From Terriglobia bacterium (GTDB lineage Bacteria; Acidobacteriota; Terriglobia; JAIQFV01), in assembly GCA_020072965.1 (NCBI GenBank), contig JAIQFY010000009.1:9649-73648 (forward strand): DNA of 64,000 nt, given 5' to 3'. Position 1 is the stretch's first letter. Every line of letters begins with the position of its first letter. This document shows positions 54,677 through 64,000 of this stretch, in pieces. The notes under the pieces were generated by a model. It did no database searches. It was not told the origin of the DNA and worked only from the letters and a program-made list of their open reading frames with translations. The position numbers and the translations under genes were made by a program.

Positions 54677-57331
54677 ATGACGACCATATCCTTCGGGCCC
54701 CTCAAAACTCTCGCTTTGGGAGCGCTATTGGTGGCTGCGCTTTCAAGCAATATCAATGCGGTGTCCCAAACCCGTCAGCTCCCGCGCGAACTCGACTTCG
54801 CTTATTATTCCTTGCGGGACGGTTTTCTCTCCAGCCTCTCTCTCGTCAACAATTCTCCTACCGCTCTATCTTTCGCAGTTACGATCTTCAGCCGTTCCGG
54901 CCAGAGTGTGGTAGGACCGACAACAGATCTCCCTCCTCAAGCAAACACGTCGGTGGATCTTTCTTCGATTCTGCAGGCGGCCTCCATCGATGCAACCGGC
55001 GATTTTTCGGAGGGCAGCGTGGCCGTGCATTATACGGGCAACGGCTTCAAGCCGCTCGTGGGGCAGTTGGTGATTTCCAATGCCGCCACGGGTGCAGCCT
55101 TTACTTCCGAAATGTTTCAAAACCAGGGAGGAAGCGCAAACGGTCCCCCAGCATTGAATTTCATGTGGTGGGAATTCGATCGGGGAGAAACCGCTCGCAT
55201 CGCCGTGACCAACATTTCCGGCAGCCCGGTGGTGGCTGACATTGTGCTCGAATTCAATGGAAGGCATCGACCGGGTTCGGTGCTCTATTTCAGCGCTCAC
55301 CAGACGATGGTGCTTTTGATGTCGGACATCCTGGACAGCCTCGGCGAAACCTCCGGTTCGGCTCCTCAGGGGGGCATCACCATTGTGCCACGAGGCCCCG
55401 GTTCGCCCCTCATCGCCACGGGTTTGTTGAGTAATCCCATCACTGAATCCGCGACTCCCTTGCCCGTTGCGCACCCGGATCGGCAGTTTGTCAGTGCCCA
55501 GCATGCGATCGGCATCCCGGTGGGCGTCCCCTCTCCCGATTCGCCATATGTAGGTTTGGGAACCTTTGAGCCTCACGTGGTCCTCCGAAACCTCGCCGCT
55601 GCTCCACAAAACGTCACACTCACCGTCGAGTATCCCGGCAACGAAGGCACACAGCAACTCGTGCTGCTGCCATTTCCAGTCGAGGCCAACAATACTAAGG
55701 ATGTTTCTTTGGCTTCGGCCCTGCCTCAGTTGCCGGCGCCGCTGCCTTTTGCTTCGGTTCGCATTCAATACGATGGCGCTCCGGACTCCCTGATGGGCCA
55801 GGTGGAGAGCCGCGAGCAGCAAGGGAGATTGGTGGTAAGCAGCCCTCTGGTCAATGAGGGCGATGGGCAGGCAGGGGCGGGCGCCCATCCCTGGCAGGTC
55901 GATCACGGCACGAATTCCTTTCTGTTCTTGACCAACATGGGCGAGAAACCCAGCCGAATCGGTTTTCAGGTGCAGGCCAAAGGAGTAAACTACTATTTGA
56001 CGAATCTGACGCTCCAGCCGCACGAAACCCGCGCCATCGGTATGCGCGAGCTACGGGATCAGCAGCAGGAAGACTTCCAGAAGAACAAGATTCCGGCGGA
56101 CGCCACGGAAGGCTCGGTGCGCTGGGTGCGGTTGGATAATGTGCCGGTCATGGGGCGGTTGGTGGTATTAAAAGGTCAAGAGCACGAAATTGTCAGTCTG
56201 GGCAAACGGGCAGGTGGGACAGCAAGCGGTAGTGGCCAAGCTCCCCCCACGCCGGTCAACTTCATTTGCCTGGACTGTTTTTGCAACTGTCCTGCCGGCT
56301 TGCAGAGTTTGGGCTACGATGCGGGATGTGACGTCTTGAACGTGATTTCCGGCCAGATCTGTGGAATTTCATTTCTGGGCAATTACGCGGACTGCAATGG
56401 GAATTCCAGCTTCTTTGACGATACGCTGTTCTCGATCCTATCGTTGAGTGATACTTCCGTCGCTACCATTTCCAATTCCACGGACCCGGCATCCCTTACC
56501 GGGGTGGGTCCGGGAACCGCTGACCTCATTGCAGCCTTCACAGACAACTCATACCCGTTTGCTCCCAACAGCTGCTCGCCTTTACTGCATACTGTGCGAG
56601 TCGTACCGCGGGTGATCGTAAAACCAAAGGTCGCATTTGTGGGGGGGAATAGGTTCATGTTTGTTGGAAATGACTCCTCTCTAACAAATGCTAACAGCCA
56701 ATCAGTACAAGGAACCCCTCCTGGAGGACAATACGCTTGGAGTTCGAGCAAGACCTCAATCTCTTTTCAGCCCTATCCGAATATACCCGAGATCACCATC
56801 TTGACCGCTCCGAGCTCTGCTGTTAGCAGTTCGCTGTTGGATACAACCATTACCGTAACGTACACGCTGAATCAACAAACCTCCGCTCCTGCCTCAAAGG
56901 CGATTACGGTGCGAAAGTTCAAGTTCGTAACGAACCAGAGCCCTACTGTGCTCCAGCAAAGCAATGGTTACACGGCTTATGCGATATACACTATTTACAC
57001 AAGCCCTTCTGGACAAAAGCTCGAGGAAGGGCTTAGAGATATTTCCGTCGAAGAGAGTGTCAGCACACAGAGCGCAACTCTCAACGGAACACCGTTAACC
57101 CAAGCGCAATTTAACGCCATTTCCTTCGGTCAGGGACCGGGTGCCACCGATGACCACAGCCAGTTCAAAGATGACTTGAGCTTTACCACGCAGTCAGGCA
57201 CTGCATTACTATCCGGACTTGTGATCACTCAAGCCCAAGACCTCCTTGTTACGGGGTGTTTTGTGCGCCACAACACCCTTCAGTACACTTCAAGCACTGT
57301 GACACTCACAAACGGAGGACCGACGAATTAA
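54677..57331 (+). CDS. large secreted hypothetical protein with C-terminal bacterial Ig-like (Big-type) region
   Basis: Start chosen at MTTISFGPLKTLALGALLVAALSSNINA (signal peptide); the ORF track starts at 54416. Beta-rich. Cys-rich patch FICLDCFCNCPAG. Big-like block SVATISNSTDPASLTGVGPGTADLIAAFTD. Confidence 0.6.
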   Translation: MTTISFGPLKTLALGALLVAALSSNINAVSQTRQLPRELDFAYYSLRDGFLSSLSLVNNSPTALSFAVTIFSRSGQSVVGPTTDLPPQANTSVDLSSILQAASIDATGDFSEGSVAVHYTGNGFKPLVGQLVISNAATGAAFTSEMFQNQGGSANGPPALNFMWWEFDRGETARIAVTNISGSPVVADIVLEFNGRHRPGSVLYFSAHQTMVLLMSDILDSLGETSGSAPQGGITIVPRGPGSPLIATGLLSNPITESATPLPVAHPDRQFVSAQHAIGIPVGVPSPDSPYVGLGTFEPHVVLRNLAAAPQNVTLTVEYPGNEGTQQLVLLPFPVEANNTKDVSLASALPQLPAPLPFASVRIQYDGAPDSLMGQVESREQQGRLVVSSPLVNEGDGQAGAGAHPWQVDHGTNSFLFLTNMGEKPSRIGFQVQAKGVNYYLTNLTLQPHETRAIGMRELRDQQQEDFQKNKIPADATEGSVRWVRLDNVPVMGRLVVLKGQEHEIVSLGKRAGGTASGSGQAPPTPVNFICLDCFCNCPAGLQSLGYDAGCDVLNVISGQICGISFLGNYADCNGNSSFFDDTLFSILSLSDTSVATISNSTDPASLTGVGPGTADLIAAFTDNSYPFAPNSCSPLLHTVRVVPRVIVKPKVAFVGGNRFMFVGNDSSLTNANSQSVQGTPPGGQYAWSSSKTSISFQPYPNIPEITILTAPSSAVSSSLLDTTITVTYTLNQQTSAPASKAITVRKFKFVTNQSPTVLQQSNGYTAYAIYTIYTSPSGQKLEEGLRDISVEESVSTQSATLNGTPLTQAQFNAISFGQGPGATDDHSQFKDDLSFTTQSGTALLSGLVITQAQDLLVTGCFVRHNTLQYTSSTVTLTNGGPTN

Positions 57332-58047
57332 TGGAGACCCCAGCCATGTCCATCCAATACGGATTCTGCGCTGTACTGATGCTCTGGTTTCTTTCACCAT
57401 TGGGACTCAGGGGACAGGGCTCAAAGCCAAATGAGTCGACGGTGGATCTTTTACAGCAGCCCATTCAAGAGCTAACCCTCAAGGACCAATATTTCATGGA
57501 CGGGATCGTGAAACTTGACAGTCTGGCTTCAGGATTGGGTTTCTCTGTGGAATATATCCTTCCCTCACCCGAGGCGCCACGGCCCGTTGACCCTAGATTT
57601 ACAGCCAAAATCACTGCAGTTACTCTATCGGAAGCGCTGGACTGGTTGTGCAGATTGGATCCTCGATACACTTGGTCGCGGGATGGAACCACGATCAACG
57701 TCTTTCCGCGAGCAAGCCTGGAGGAAAAAAATTACTATTTCACCCGAAAGTTGTCGAATCTTGTCTTCCGCGACGAGCGAAATGCTTATCATGCTCTTCC
57801 CAAAATCCTCAAACCCATTTCATCGCCCAAGGAGGCGGTCATTACATGGTCTGGGGTGAGGGATTATCAGACTCCTTTTAATGCCAGTCTTACAAACATT
57901 ACTGTGCGAGAGGCGTTGAATCGCCTGATACAGCATCTTTCACCCACTGAAGGGTGGATGGTGACTGGGAATCAAGAGGTCATGCTGCTCGTTGTCTACG
58001 ATACCATCACTCTTCGACCGCCGACAAGCAACGCAGAAAGGCCGTGA
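57322..58047 (+). CDS. secreted hypothetical protein
   Basis: Start at METPAMSIQYGFCAVLMLWFLSPLGLRG (signal peptide). Overlaps the upstream gene end by a few nucleotides. Confidence 0.5.
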   Translation, partial: DELMETPAMSIQYGFCAVLMLWFLSPLGLRGQGSKPNESTVDLLQQPIQELTLKDQYFMDGIVKLDSLASGLGFSVEYILPSPEAPRPVDPRFTAKITAVTLSEALDWLCRLDPRYTWSRDGTTINVFPRASLEEKNYYFTRKLSNLVFRDERNAYHALPKILKPISSPKEAVITWSGVRDYQTPFNASLTNITVREALNRLIQHLSPTEGWMVTGNQEVMLLVVYDTITLRPPTSNAERP

Positions 58048-58074
58048 CGTCAAGCTGCGTGTGTAAAATCACCT

Positions 58075-58300
58075 GGGGCGGGGTGGCGCACACATCGCGT
58101 TGGATGCGATGTGTGCGAGTCATCTGAGGAAGGGAGTTCCACTGCCGGTTTAGAACGATGTCTCTGGAGATTCAAAGAAAATGGCTCCATCGAGATGAGT
58201 TGCTGTTGGGACGAAATGATTCACGTTAAATGTCTGCCAAAAAAAAGAAACGCACACACGCAAAGAACACGTGTATGCGCCACCCAGCCCATATGGCACT
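58075..58300. repeat. copy B of the duplicated ~230-bp non-coding element (see 18343-18575)
   Basis: Shares the CGCACACATCGCG..GATGTGTGCGAGTCAT hairpin, GATGTCTCTGGAGATTCAAAG, and the ...TGCGCCACCC segment with copy A. Lies directly after a gene stop, as copy A does. Confidence 0.5.
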
Positions 58301-58602
58301 TCACTCTTTCAATGCCAAAAGAGAAATGAAAACGTGGAAGTAAGAAGGGGTCAACCCGGGACATTGGACAAATGGAAGTTCCAGAAACGATAAACAGAAT
58401 GAATGGGTCAGGCACTCGTATTACAATCACACTTGTTATCCAGCTCATCAAGTCAAAGTGAACGGAAGGGTAGTTTATAATTACACTCCAACGAGAAATG
58501 ATCTTGTTTATATTGTACAGTGCCTTACTGGACTGCTCCCCACGATCAGCAACCAGACAGGGCCCGTTCCGGTTCCGACCCGATTGGGGGTAGGAGTAAT
58601 CA

Positions 58603-60132
58603 ATGATCAGACCCTCGCTGACAAAGAGCTTAGGCTGGGTCTTCATTCTGTTGAGCTATGCTTCGGCCACCGTCCATAGCCAGATGGCGACTCCTCAGAA
58701 CAAGGGTGTAGAACCCCTTGAGAGTTTCTTCCGAGCATCAGTGGTGGAAGCCAAGAATTCTTCTGTGCCCGTAGAACGAAAAGTCTTGGAATTAAACGAC
58801 AGGATTACAGCCGCCAGTCCCGAAGAGATTCATACGGCTCTACCCTCGATTTTGACAGCGTTGAAATCTCCAGACAAAGAGGTGAAGAGGCTTGCCACTG
58901 CGGCCTTAATGACAATCAGTCTGCGGACCGATGGCGGGAGGATTCTCGGGAGCCACGTCACTGAAATCAGCGATCTATTCAACTCGCCGGAGTATTATTT
59001 CCAGCGCGGCGCCGCAGTTATTCTCGGTGTGCTCCGACCATCTCCTCCCCCAGAGGCGATTCCGCCTATGGTAAGCTTTCTGGAACGGACCGACCGGGAT
59101 CTTCCAGCCCAGAGGACTACCCTCGGCACCCTCGCCCGATTTGGAGGAGAAAACCCACAGGCCCGAAGGGCCATTCTGGACTTCCTCTCTCGGCCCATGA
59201 ATGTTGCCGAACGCATCGATGCCCTCAATGCGATGGGAGACCCTCGGGTCAAAGATCCAATTCTCATAAATAAAATCGTCGCGTCTCTTCATGATCCCGA
59301 TCCCCAAGCCAGGCTTGCCGCAATCAATGTGATCACGCGCATTGGGAAGCTTGCTCTGTCGCGGGCAGAGCCTGATTTGCATCGACTGGCCGAGGGCACT
59401 GACGAACCGCAGGAGGTGAAAGCGGCTGCACAGGAGGCCCTTCGGGAGATACAACGCGCCGGCCTTAGCGAACAGATCAACCGGGCAGGCGCCAATGAAA
59501 TCGGCAGATTGTTGCCCTCGATCGTCGCGGCCTTGGCGAATCCGGACGACGCGGTCAAGCTTGACGCGACCATTGCCCTGAGTCAAATCAGCGCGCGACC
59601 GGATAGTGCTGCCCTCCTGACGCCATTCATCAGTGACATCGCCGGTCTCTTGAAGCTGCCCGATAGGAGCTTGCAGCATATGGGAGCCTTTTTGCTGAGT
59701 AGCTTGAAGCCTTCTTCTCCCCCTGAGGTCGTTCCTCCTTTACTGGCATTTCTTAAGCGAACGGACTGTGACACCGAAGAACAGGCGGACCTCATCTTCG
59801 TGCTGGCCCATTATGTTCGCGACTATCCCGAAGTGGGAGACGCCATCGAACGCTTCCTGGCACGACCCTTGGAAGTAAAGGCGAGAATAGTCGCTTTAAC
59901 TGGTCTAGGCAGCTCCCACATCAGCAGCGGCCCGATCCTGGACGAGGTGATTCTGTCTTTGCGTGATCCGAATCAGGACATTAGGCTTGCCGCCATAGAA
60001 ACCCTCACGCGCCTGGGACCGCAGGCGTTGCCTCGCGCTGAGCCGGATCTGCAGCGGATTGCCAACCGAGCCGATGAGTCGCCCGATGTAAGGGAGGCAG
60101 CCAAGCGAGCCTTCAATGCTACACGCCGTTGA
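58603..60132 (+). CDS. secreted HEAT/PBS-lyase-repeat protein
   Basis: Signal peptide. Repeated alpha-helical units, such as IVASLHDPDPQARLAAINVITRIG and ILSLRDPNQDIRLAAIETLTRLG. Confidence 0.7.
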   Translation: MIRPSLTKSLGWVFILLSYASATVHSQMATPQNKGVEPLESFFRASVVEAKNSSVPVERKVLELNDRITAASPEEIHTALPSILTALKSPDKEVKRLATAALMTISLRTDGGRILGSHVTEISDLFNSPEYYFQRGAAVILGVLRPSPPPEAIPPMVSFLERTDRDLPAQRTTLGTLARFGGENPQARRAILDFLSRPMNVAERIDALNAMGDPRVKDPILINKIVASLHDPDPQARLAAINVITRIGKLALSRAEPDLHRLAEGTDEPQEVKAAAQEALREIQRAGLSEQINRAGANEIGRLLPSIVAALANPDDAVKLDATIALSQISARPDSAALLTPFISDIAGLLKLPDRSLQHMGAFLLSSLKPSSPPEVVPPLLAFLKRTDCDTEEQADLIFVLAHYVRDYPEVGDAIERFLARPLEVKARIVALTGLGSSHISSGPILDEVILSLRDPNQDIRLAAIETLTRLGPQALPRAEPDLQRIANRADESPDVREAAKRAFNATRR

Positions 60133-60543
60133 ACTGCTCGAGTAGATCGCCCAAAAGTACTTTCGATTGCCGTTCCAGGTATACAATGACATCCATCTCG
60201 CCGTCCATCAGATCCCACATGTTGAGCGAGACGTCCTCCCACTCGACAATTGCTTCGCAGCGATAAGGCGGGCTATAACCCTTCTTCGACTCGGCGATAA
60301 AGCAGATGGGACGGGCGAATCAGTGAGCCGATCACTGCCTGATTACCGCCTTGGATCTCCCCCTTCATTACCCTCGCTGCCCCTCCGGTCTGTTCATTCC
60401 CCTGTTAGAGAAATCTGACACCAGCGAATGACAACCTCGTCGATTTGTGACACGGTCAAGCCCCCGACCCTCAGAGTCTGCTTGACCCTTTGAGTAACAT
60501 TCGTTATTCTATGTAACGACTGTTACGTCCATATATTTTTATT

Positions 60544-61587
60544 ATGCGCTGGCTCTTCCTTGTGCATCAGATTCCCCCGCAACCGTCGCAGGCCCGCGTC
60601 AAGACCTGGCGCGCCCTGAAGAAAATGGGGGCGGTGCTGCATCGCAACTCGGTTTACGTCCTTCCCTATTCCAAAGACCAGCATGAAGACTTCGAATGGT
60701 TGTCGCAGCAGATTCGCGACAGCGGGGGCGAGGCGTCGGTGTTTCTTTCGGAGGCTTTGAGCGAGCAGGAGAATCACGAATTGGTTCGACAGTTCCAGAC
60801 GGCCCGGGTCGCTGACTACGCGGATTTGTTACGGCAGTCCGGGATCCTGGGGCAAAAACTGGACGCCAGCCGGGACCGCGCGCATCTCTCCCCGCAGCGC
60901 ATGAAGAAGATGCTTTCAGGTTGGGATGATCTGAAGTCGTCGCTCGAACGGATACGCCGTGTGGATTTTTTTCACTCGAACCGGGCTCGCGTGGTGGAGG
61001 AGCAGGTGGCCCGCCTCGGACGGCAACTGCAGGCGCTGCGCAGCCCGACCCCCGAGGGCTCCCCACCTCCGCTCTCCAGCGGCCGCTGCTCCCCGAAGCA
61101 ATTTCACGGCAAAACCTGGGTGACGCGCCGCGACCTGCATATTGACCGGCTGGCGTCGGCCTGGCTGATCCGCCGTTTCATCGACCCGAAGGCAAAAATC
61201 AAGTTTGCACCGGAAGGCCGAATTCCCCGCGGCCCAATCCCCTTCGATTGCTTTGGCGCGGAATTCAGTCATCACGGGGAGGATTGCACCTTTGAGACCT
61301 TCATCAAGCGATTTCAATTGCACTCCGATTCAGCCCTCGCGGATATTGCCGAAATCGTCCATGACGTCGATCTCAAAGACGAGAAGTTTGGCCGGGCGGA
61401 AGCGACAGGATTCGACCTCGTCATCCAATCGCTCTGTTCGCCAGTCATAGACGATTCCAAGAGGCTGGAAGAGGGGCTCCGGCTGTTCAACCAGCTTTAC
61501 GAATACTTGAAGCAAAAGCACAAGTCTAAAGGGGGGCACGTCCCGGGACGAGTCAACCATCCGTCATCCGGAAGAGTGCCGAAGTGA
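60544..61587 (+). CDS. ChrB-family protein (ChrB N-terminal domain plus C-terminal chromate-resistance domain)
   Basis: WLFLVHQIPPQPSQARVKTWRALKKMGAVLHRNSVYVLP (ChrB_N-like). C-terminal VTRRDLHIDRLASAWLIRRFIDPKAKIKF (Chrome_Resist-like). Confidence 0.7.
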   Translation: MRWLFLVHQIPPQPSQARVKTWRALKKMGAVLHRNSVYVLPYSKDQHEDFEWLSQQIRDSGGEASVFLSEALSEQENHELVRQFQTARVADYADLLRQSGILGQKLDASRDRAHLSPQRMKKMLSGWDDLKSSLERIRRVDFFHSNRARVVEEQVARLGRQLQALRSPTPEGSPPPLSSGRCSPKQFHGKTWVTRRDLHIDRLASAWLIRRFIDPKAKIKFAPEGRIPRGPIPFDCFGAEFSHHGEDCTFETFIKRFQLHSDSALADIAEIVHDVDLKDEKFGRAEATGFDLVIQSLCSPVIDDSKRLEEGLRLFNQLYEYLKQKHKSKGGHVPGRVNHPSSGRVPK

Positions 61588-62795
61588 ACACGGTGAATTC
61601 CCTGAGCCTGCGGAAATCGTCTTCCATCGAGCGCAACGTCATCATCCTGTCAATCGCTGTTTTTCTGGTCGCGTTTGGCGAAGAACTTTGGAACAGTTTT
61701 CTCCCGAAGTACCTGGAAGCGCTAGGCGGTTCCATCGCCCTGATTGCCGTCTTTGGCACCTTCAAAGACTTCCTCGATGCCATTTATCAATACCCCGGAG
61801 GAGTCCTGTCCGACCGACTGGGTGAACGACAGGCCCTGACCTTATTCGCCGGGATGGCGGCCTGCGGTTATGCTATTTACTTAGTGAGCTCGCGACCATG
61901 GATGCTTTTCATCGGAGTTTTATTTGTCATGAGTTGGTCGTCTCTGGCGTCTCCCGCCCTCTTCGCCATGATCGGCGCGACCCTTCCCAGCGAGCGCAGG
62001 ACGCTGGGGTTTTCCTGGCAATCGCTGTTGAAACGACTCCCCATCATCATTGCCCCCGCCCTGGGGGGACTCCTGATCGCTCATGAGGGAATAATTCGCG
62101 GAGTCCGGACAGGGCTGGCCATCGCCATCCTGATGGCTATATTAACGATGATCCTACAACAAAGGTTCTACATTCAAACTCCGACCGCGCCTATCAGTCC
62201 CCCCGGGGGGATGGCCCTGCTCTTCCGGAGTTTTTCACCAGTCCTCAAGCAGCTCCTGTTTTCGGACATCCTCGCGAGGCTCGCTGAGGGGATCGCCGAG
62301 ATCTTCATCGTAATTTATGCCATCAACTTCATCGGCCTGAATCCGAAACAGTTTGGACTGCTCGTCGGCGTCCAAATGACCACCGCCATCGTGGGGTATC
62401 TCCCGGCGGCTGCCCTGACGGTCCGGATCGGACGGAAGCCGCTCGTTTTTTTCACGTTCGTTTGCTTCGCACTTTTCCCCTTGATGGTTGCGTATGCCCA
62501 GAGCTTTCCGCAGATGCTCGGAGCGTTTGTTGTTGGAGGCCTCCGAGAGTTCGGGGAACCCGCGCGGAAAGCGATGATTGTGAACTTTGCGGGTGAACAA
62601 TCCCGGGGGCGCCATGTCGGGCTCTACTATTTAATCCGGAATATTTCAGTGACTCCGGCTGCCGCGGTGGGAGGATGGCTTTGGCATGTTCTATCACCAA
62701 ACGCCACTTTCCATGCTGCCTTCCTGTGCGGGGTGGCCGGAGCCCTCTTCTTCCTTTTTTCTGTTCATGATAAGACACCGGAGGTGAATGCATGA
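61584..62795 (+). CDS. MFS transporter (12 TM)
   Basis: 403 aa, hydrophobic throughout. Start overlaps the upstream stop (ATGA). Stop overlaps the downstream start. Confidence 0.85.
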   Translation: MNTVNSLSLRKSSSIERNVIILSIAVFLVAFGEELWNSFLPKYLEALGGSIALIAVFGTFKDFLDAIYQYPGGVLSDRLGERQALTLFAGMAACGYAIYLVSSRPWMLFIGVLFVMSWSSLASPALFAMIGATLPSERRTLGFSWQSLLKRLPIIIAPALGGLLIAHEGIIRGVRTGLAIAILMAILTMILQQRFYIQTPTAPISPPGGMALLFRSFSPVLKQLLFSDILARLAEGIAEIFIVIYAINFIGLNPKQFGLLVGVQMTTAIVGYLPAAALTVRIGRKPLVFFTFVCFALFPLMVAYAQSFPQMLGAFVVGGLREFGEPARKAMIVNFAGEQSRGRHVGLYYLIRNISVTPAAAVGGWLWHVLSPNATFHAAFLCGVAGALFFLFSVHDKTPEVNA

Positions 62796-63223
62796 GGTGG
62801 ATTACTCGAGAAAATGTGAAAGTTGATCGTGTGGCCTGCCCCTGGTTGATTAAGCGTTTTATCGATTCGAGCGCGGAATTTATCTTTTGTCCAGAAGACC
62901 GTATCGTGGATCGGGCCAGCGAACTACAAGCGACACCTTTTGACGTCCCCAAAAACCCTGCGATTAAATTGAATCATCGCGATGGAAAATGTTCATTTGA
63001 AACTATCCTCGAAGAATTCCACTTAACTGGGAATCCCGCACTGGCGCGACTCGCTCTCATCGTGCATGGGGCCGATATCCCCAGTGAAATGCATGTCGCC
63101 CCCGAAAGCGCGGGGCTCTACGCGATTGCCAATGGATTTTCCAAAACCTGCACCTCCGATGATGAGCGCCTGGAAAAGCAATTTCCGGTTTATGATGCGT
63201 TGTATGAATTCTGCAAGAAGTGA
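62792..63223 (+). CDS. stand-alone chromate-resistance (ChrB C-terminal-like) domain protein
   Basis: MRWITRENVKVDRVACPWLIKRFIDSSAEFIF parallels the C-terminal domain block of the 60544 gene. Confidence 0.65.
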   Translation: MRWITRENVKVDRVACPWLIKRFIDSSAEFIFCPEDRIVDRASELQATPFDVPKNPAIKLNHRDGKCSFETILEEFHLTGNPALARLALIVHGADIPSEMHVAPESAGLYAIANGFSKTCTSDDERLEKQFPVYDALYEFCKK

Positions 63224-63230
63224 GAAGAAG

Positions 63231-63494
63231 TTGTCAGTTCTCAGTTGCCAGTTGCCAGAAGGCAGTTGTCAGTTCTCAGTTCTCAGTTGTCAGTTGAAGT
63301 ACTCCCGCGCTCCGTGACTCTCCAATCTGGCTGCATACGCAACTCACATCCAGTCTGGCGCGACATCGAAAGAAAGGAATTGAGTGGTCAGTTGTGATTG
63401 AGGTCCACTTCCGTTCTCTGACCTCTGGCTATTCTTTCAAACCACTGAAGTCTCTCTCTTCACTGATAACTGAGAACTGAGAACTGACAACTGC
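63231..63494. repeat. CAGTTSY heptamer-repeat arms in inverted orientation flanking ~160 bp
   Basis: Left arm 63231-63297 (GTTGTCAGTTCTCAGTTGCCAGTTGCCAG...CAGTTCTCAGTTCTCAGTTGTCAGTTG). Right arm 63461-63494 (CACTGATAACTGAGAACTGAGAACTGACAACTGC). Confidence 0.55.
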
Positions 63495-63514
63495 TCTTAA
63501 ACAAGGAGCCCAAT

Positions 63515-64000
63515 ATGAAATCCATGAAAAGATTCACAACGAGGTTCGGTTTTCTTAGTATCGTCACCTTCATCACCCTTTTGATCCTCCCCCAGGCCCT
63601 CACCCTGGCAGCAGGTGACGACTCCTCCTGGAAAAAAGTTGAAGCGATCTTCGGGAGGACCGGAACCTACAGCGGAAGCATAGCCAAGTTCGGATTTCCC
63701 CGCACCGACCTGAAGGTGACGCTGGGAGGGGTGACGCTCAAGCCGGGGCTGGCCCTTGGTTCCTGGGCGGCGTTCGCCGGGACTGAAGAGTCCGCCACCA
63801 TGATGGGAGACCTGGTGCTCTTGCCGAGTGAAATCGAAGGGGTTGTTGACCGGCTTGAAGCGGGCGGCGTTATGATCTCCGCTCTCCACAACCATCTTCT
63901 CGGCGAGACCCCTCACGTGATGTATCTGCATTACATGGGGCATGGCAATGCCGAAACACTTGCAAAAGCCCTGAAGACCGCGCTCTCAACAACAGCTACT
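63515..64000 (+). CDS. DUF1259-family secreted protein, 3'-truncated by window end
   Basis: AAGGAG ribosome-binding site. Signal peptide. FPRTDLKVTLGGVTLKPGLALGSWAAF and MISALHNHLLGETPHVMYLHYMGHG blocks. Confidence 0.65.
   Translation, partial: MKSMKRFTTRFGFLSIVTFITLLILPQALTLAAGDDSSWKKVEAIFGRTGTYSGSIAKFGFPRTDLKVTLGGVTLKPGLALGSWAAFAGTEESATMMGDLVLLPSEIEGVVDRLEAGGVMISALHNHLLGETPHVMYLHYMGHGNAETLAKALKTALSTTAT

Noticed and set aside
54866-56023. 385-aa minus-strand ORF
   Set aside because: Antisense to the 971-aa secreted protein gene. Arg-rich with no motif. The sense ORF has a signal peptide and an Ig-like region.
58975-59679. 234-aa minus-strand ORF
   Set aside because: Antisense to the HEAT-repeat gene.
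60121-60300. Minus-strand open frame ending ...MWDLMDGEMDVIVYLERQSKVLLGDLLEQFNGV that overlaps the HEAT gene stop
   Set aside because: No ATG or GTG start upstream of the first Met except for a 33-aa peptide. An in-frame stop lies immediately upstream. Likely a gene remnant or chance ORF.

Overview
A 64 kb GC-rich chromosomal segment (~60% GC) that I infer to be Acidobacteriota-like. The basis is TonB-dependent receptors carrying an N-terminal carboxypeptidase-regulatory-like domain, a tricorn protease, and many secreted proteins; this is inference only. About 45 protein genes are supported.

The most notable locus is a minus-strand aromatic-acyl-CoA operon (8.4-17.3 kb). A three-subunit xanthine-dehydrogenase-family molybdoenzyme is co-linear with benzoyl-CoA epoxidase BoxB and dihydrolase BoxC, under a divergent BoxR/BzdR-type regulator. 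The gene order is 2Fe-2S small, Mo large, an embedded PLP-dependent dehydratase, then the FAD medium subunit. The medium subunit carries the C-x15-C-x7-C-x8-C insertion I recall as the [4Fe-4S] signature of 4-hydroxybenzoyl-CoA reductase HcrB. No boxA reductase gene is visible.

Other blocks:
- A cobalamin-riboswitch-led BtuF/FecCD/ATPase/TonB-receptor uptake operon (48.5-54.4 kb).
- A ChrB_N / MFS / ChrB_C three-gene operon with 4-nt overlaps (60.5-63.2 kb).
- hsp20 behind a CIRCE operator.
- selA, efp, purH, cstA, a sigma-54 activator, a GT2 processive glycosyltransferase, and a FecR-domain protein.
- A frameshifted IS200/IS605-type (RAYT-like) tnpA flanked by inverted hairpins.

The window is unusually rich in structured repeats:
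- A perfect 32-nt palindrome family, GTAGGGGCRCCCGCCGCGGCGGGYGCCCCTAC, in three copies.
- A MITE-like 350-bp element with 35-bp terminal inverted repeats and related solo ends.
- A duplicated ~230-bp element (18.35 kb and 58.08 kb).
- Heptamer-repeat palindromes at three loci, one of them intercistronic between boxC and boxB.

No rRNA, tRNA or CRISPR array was found.
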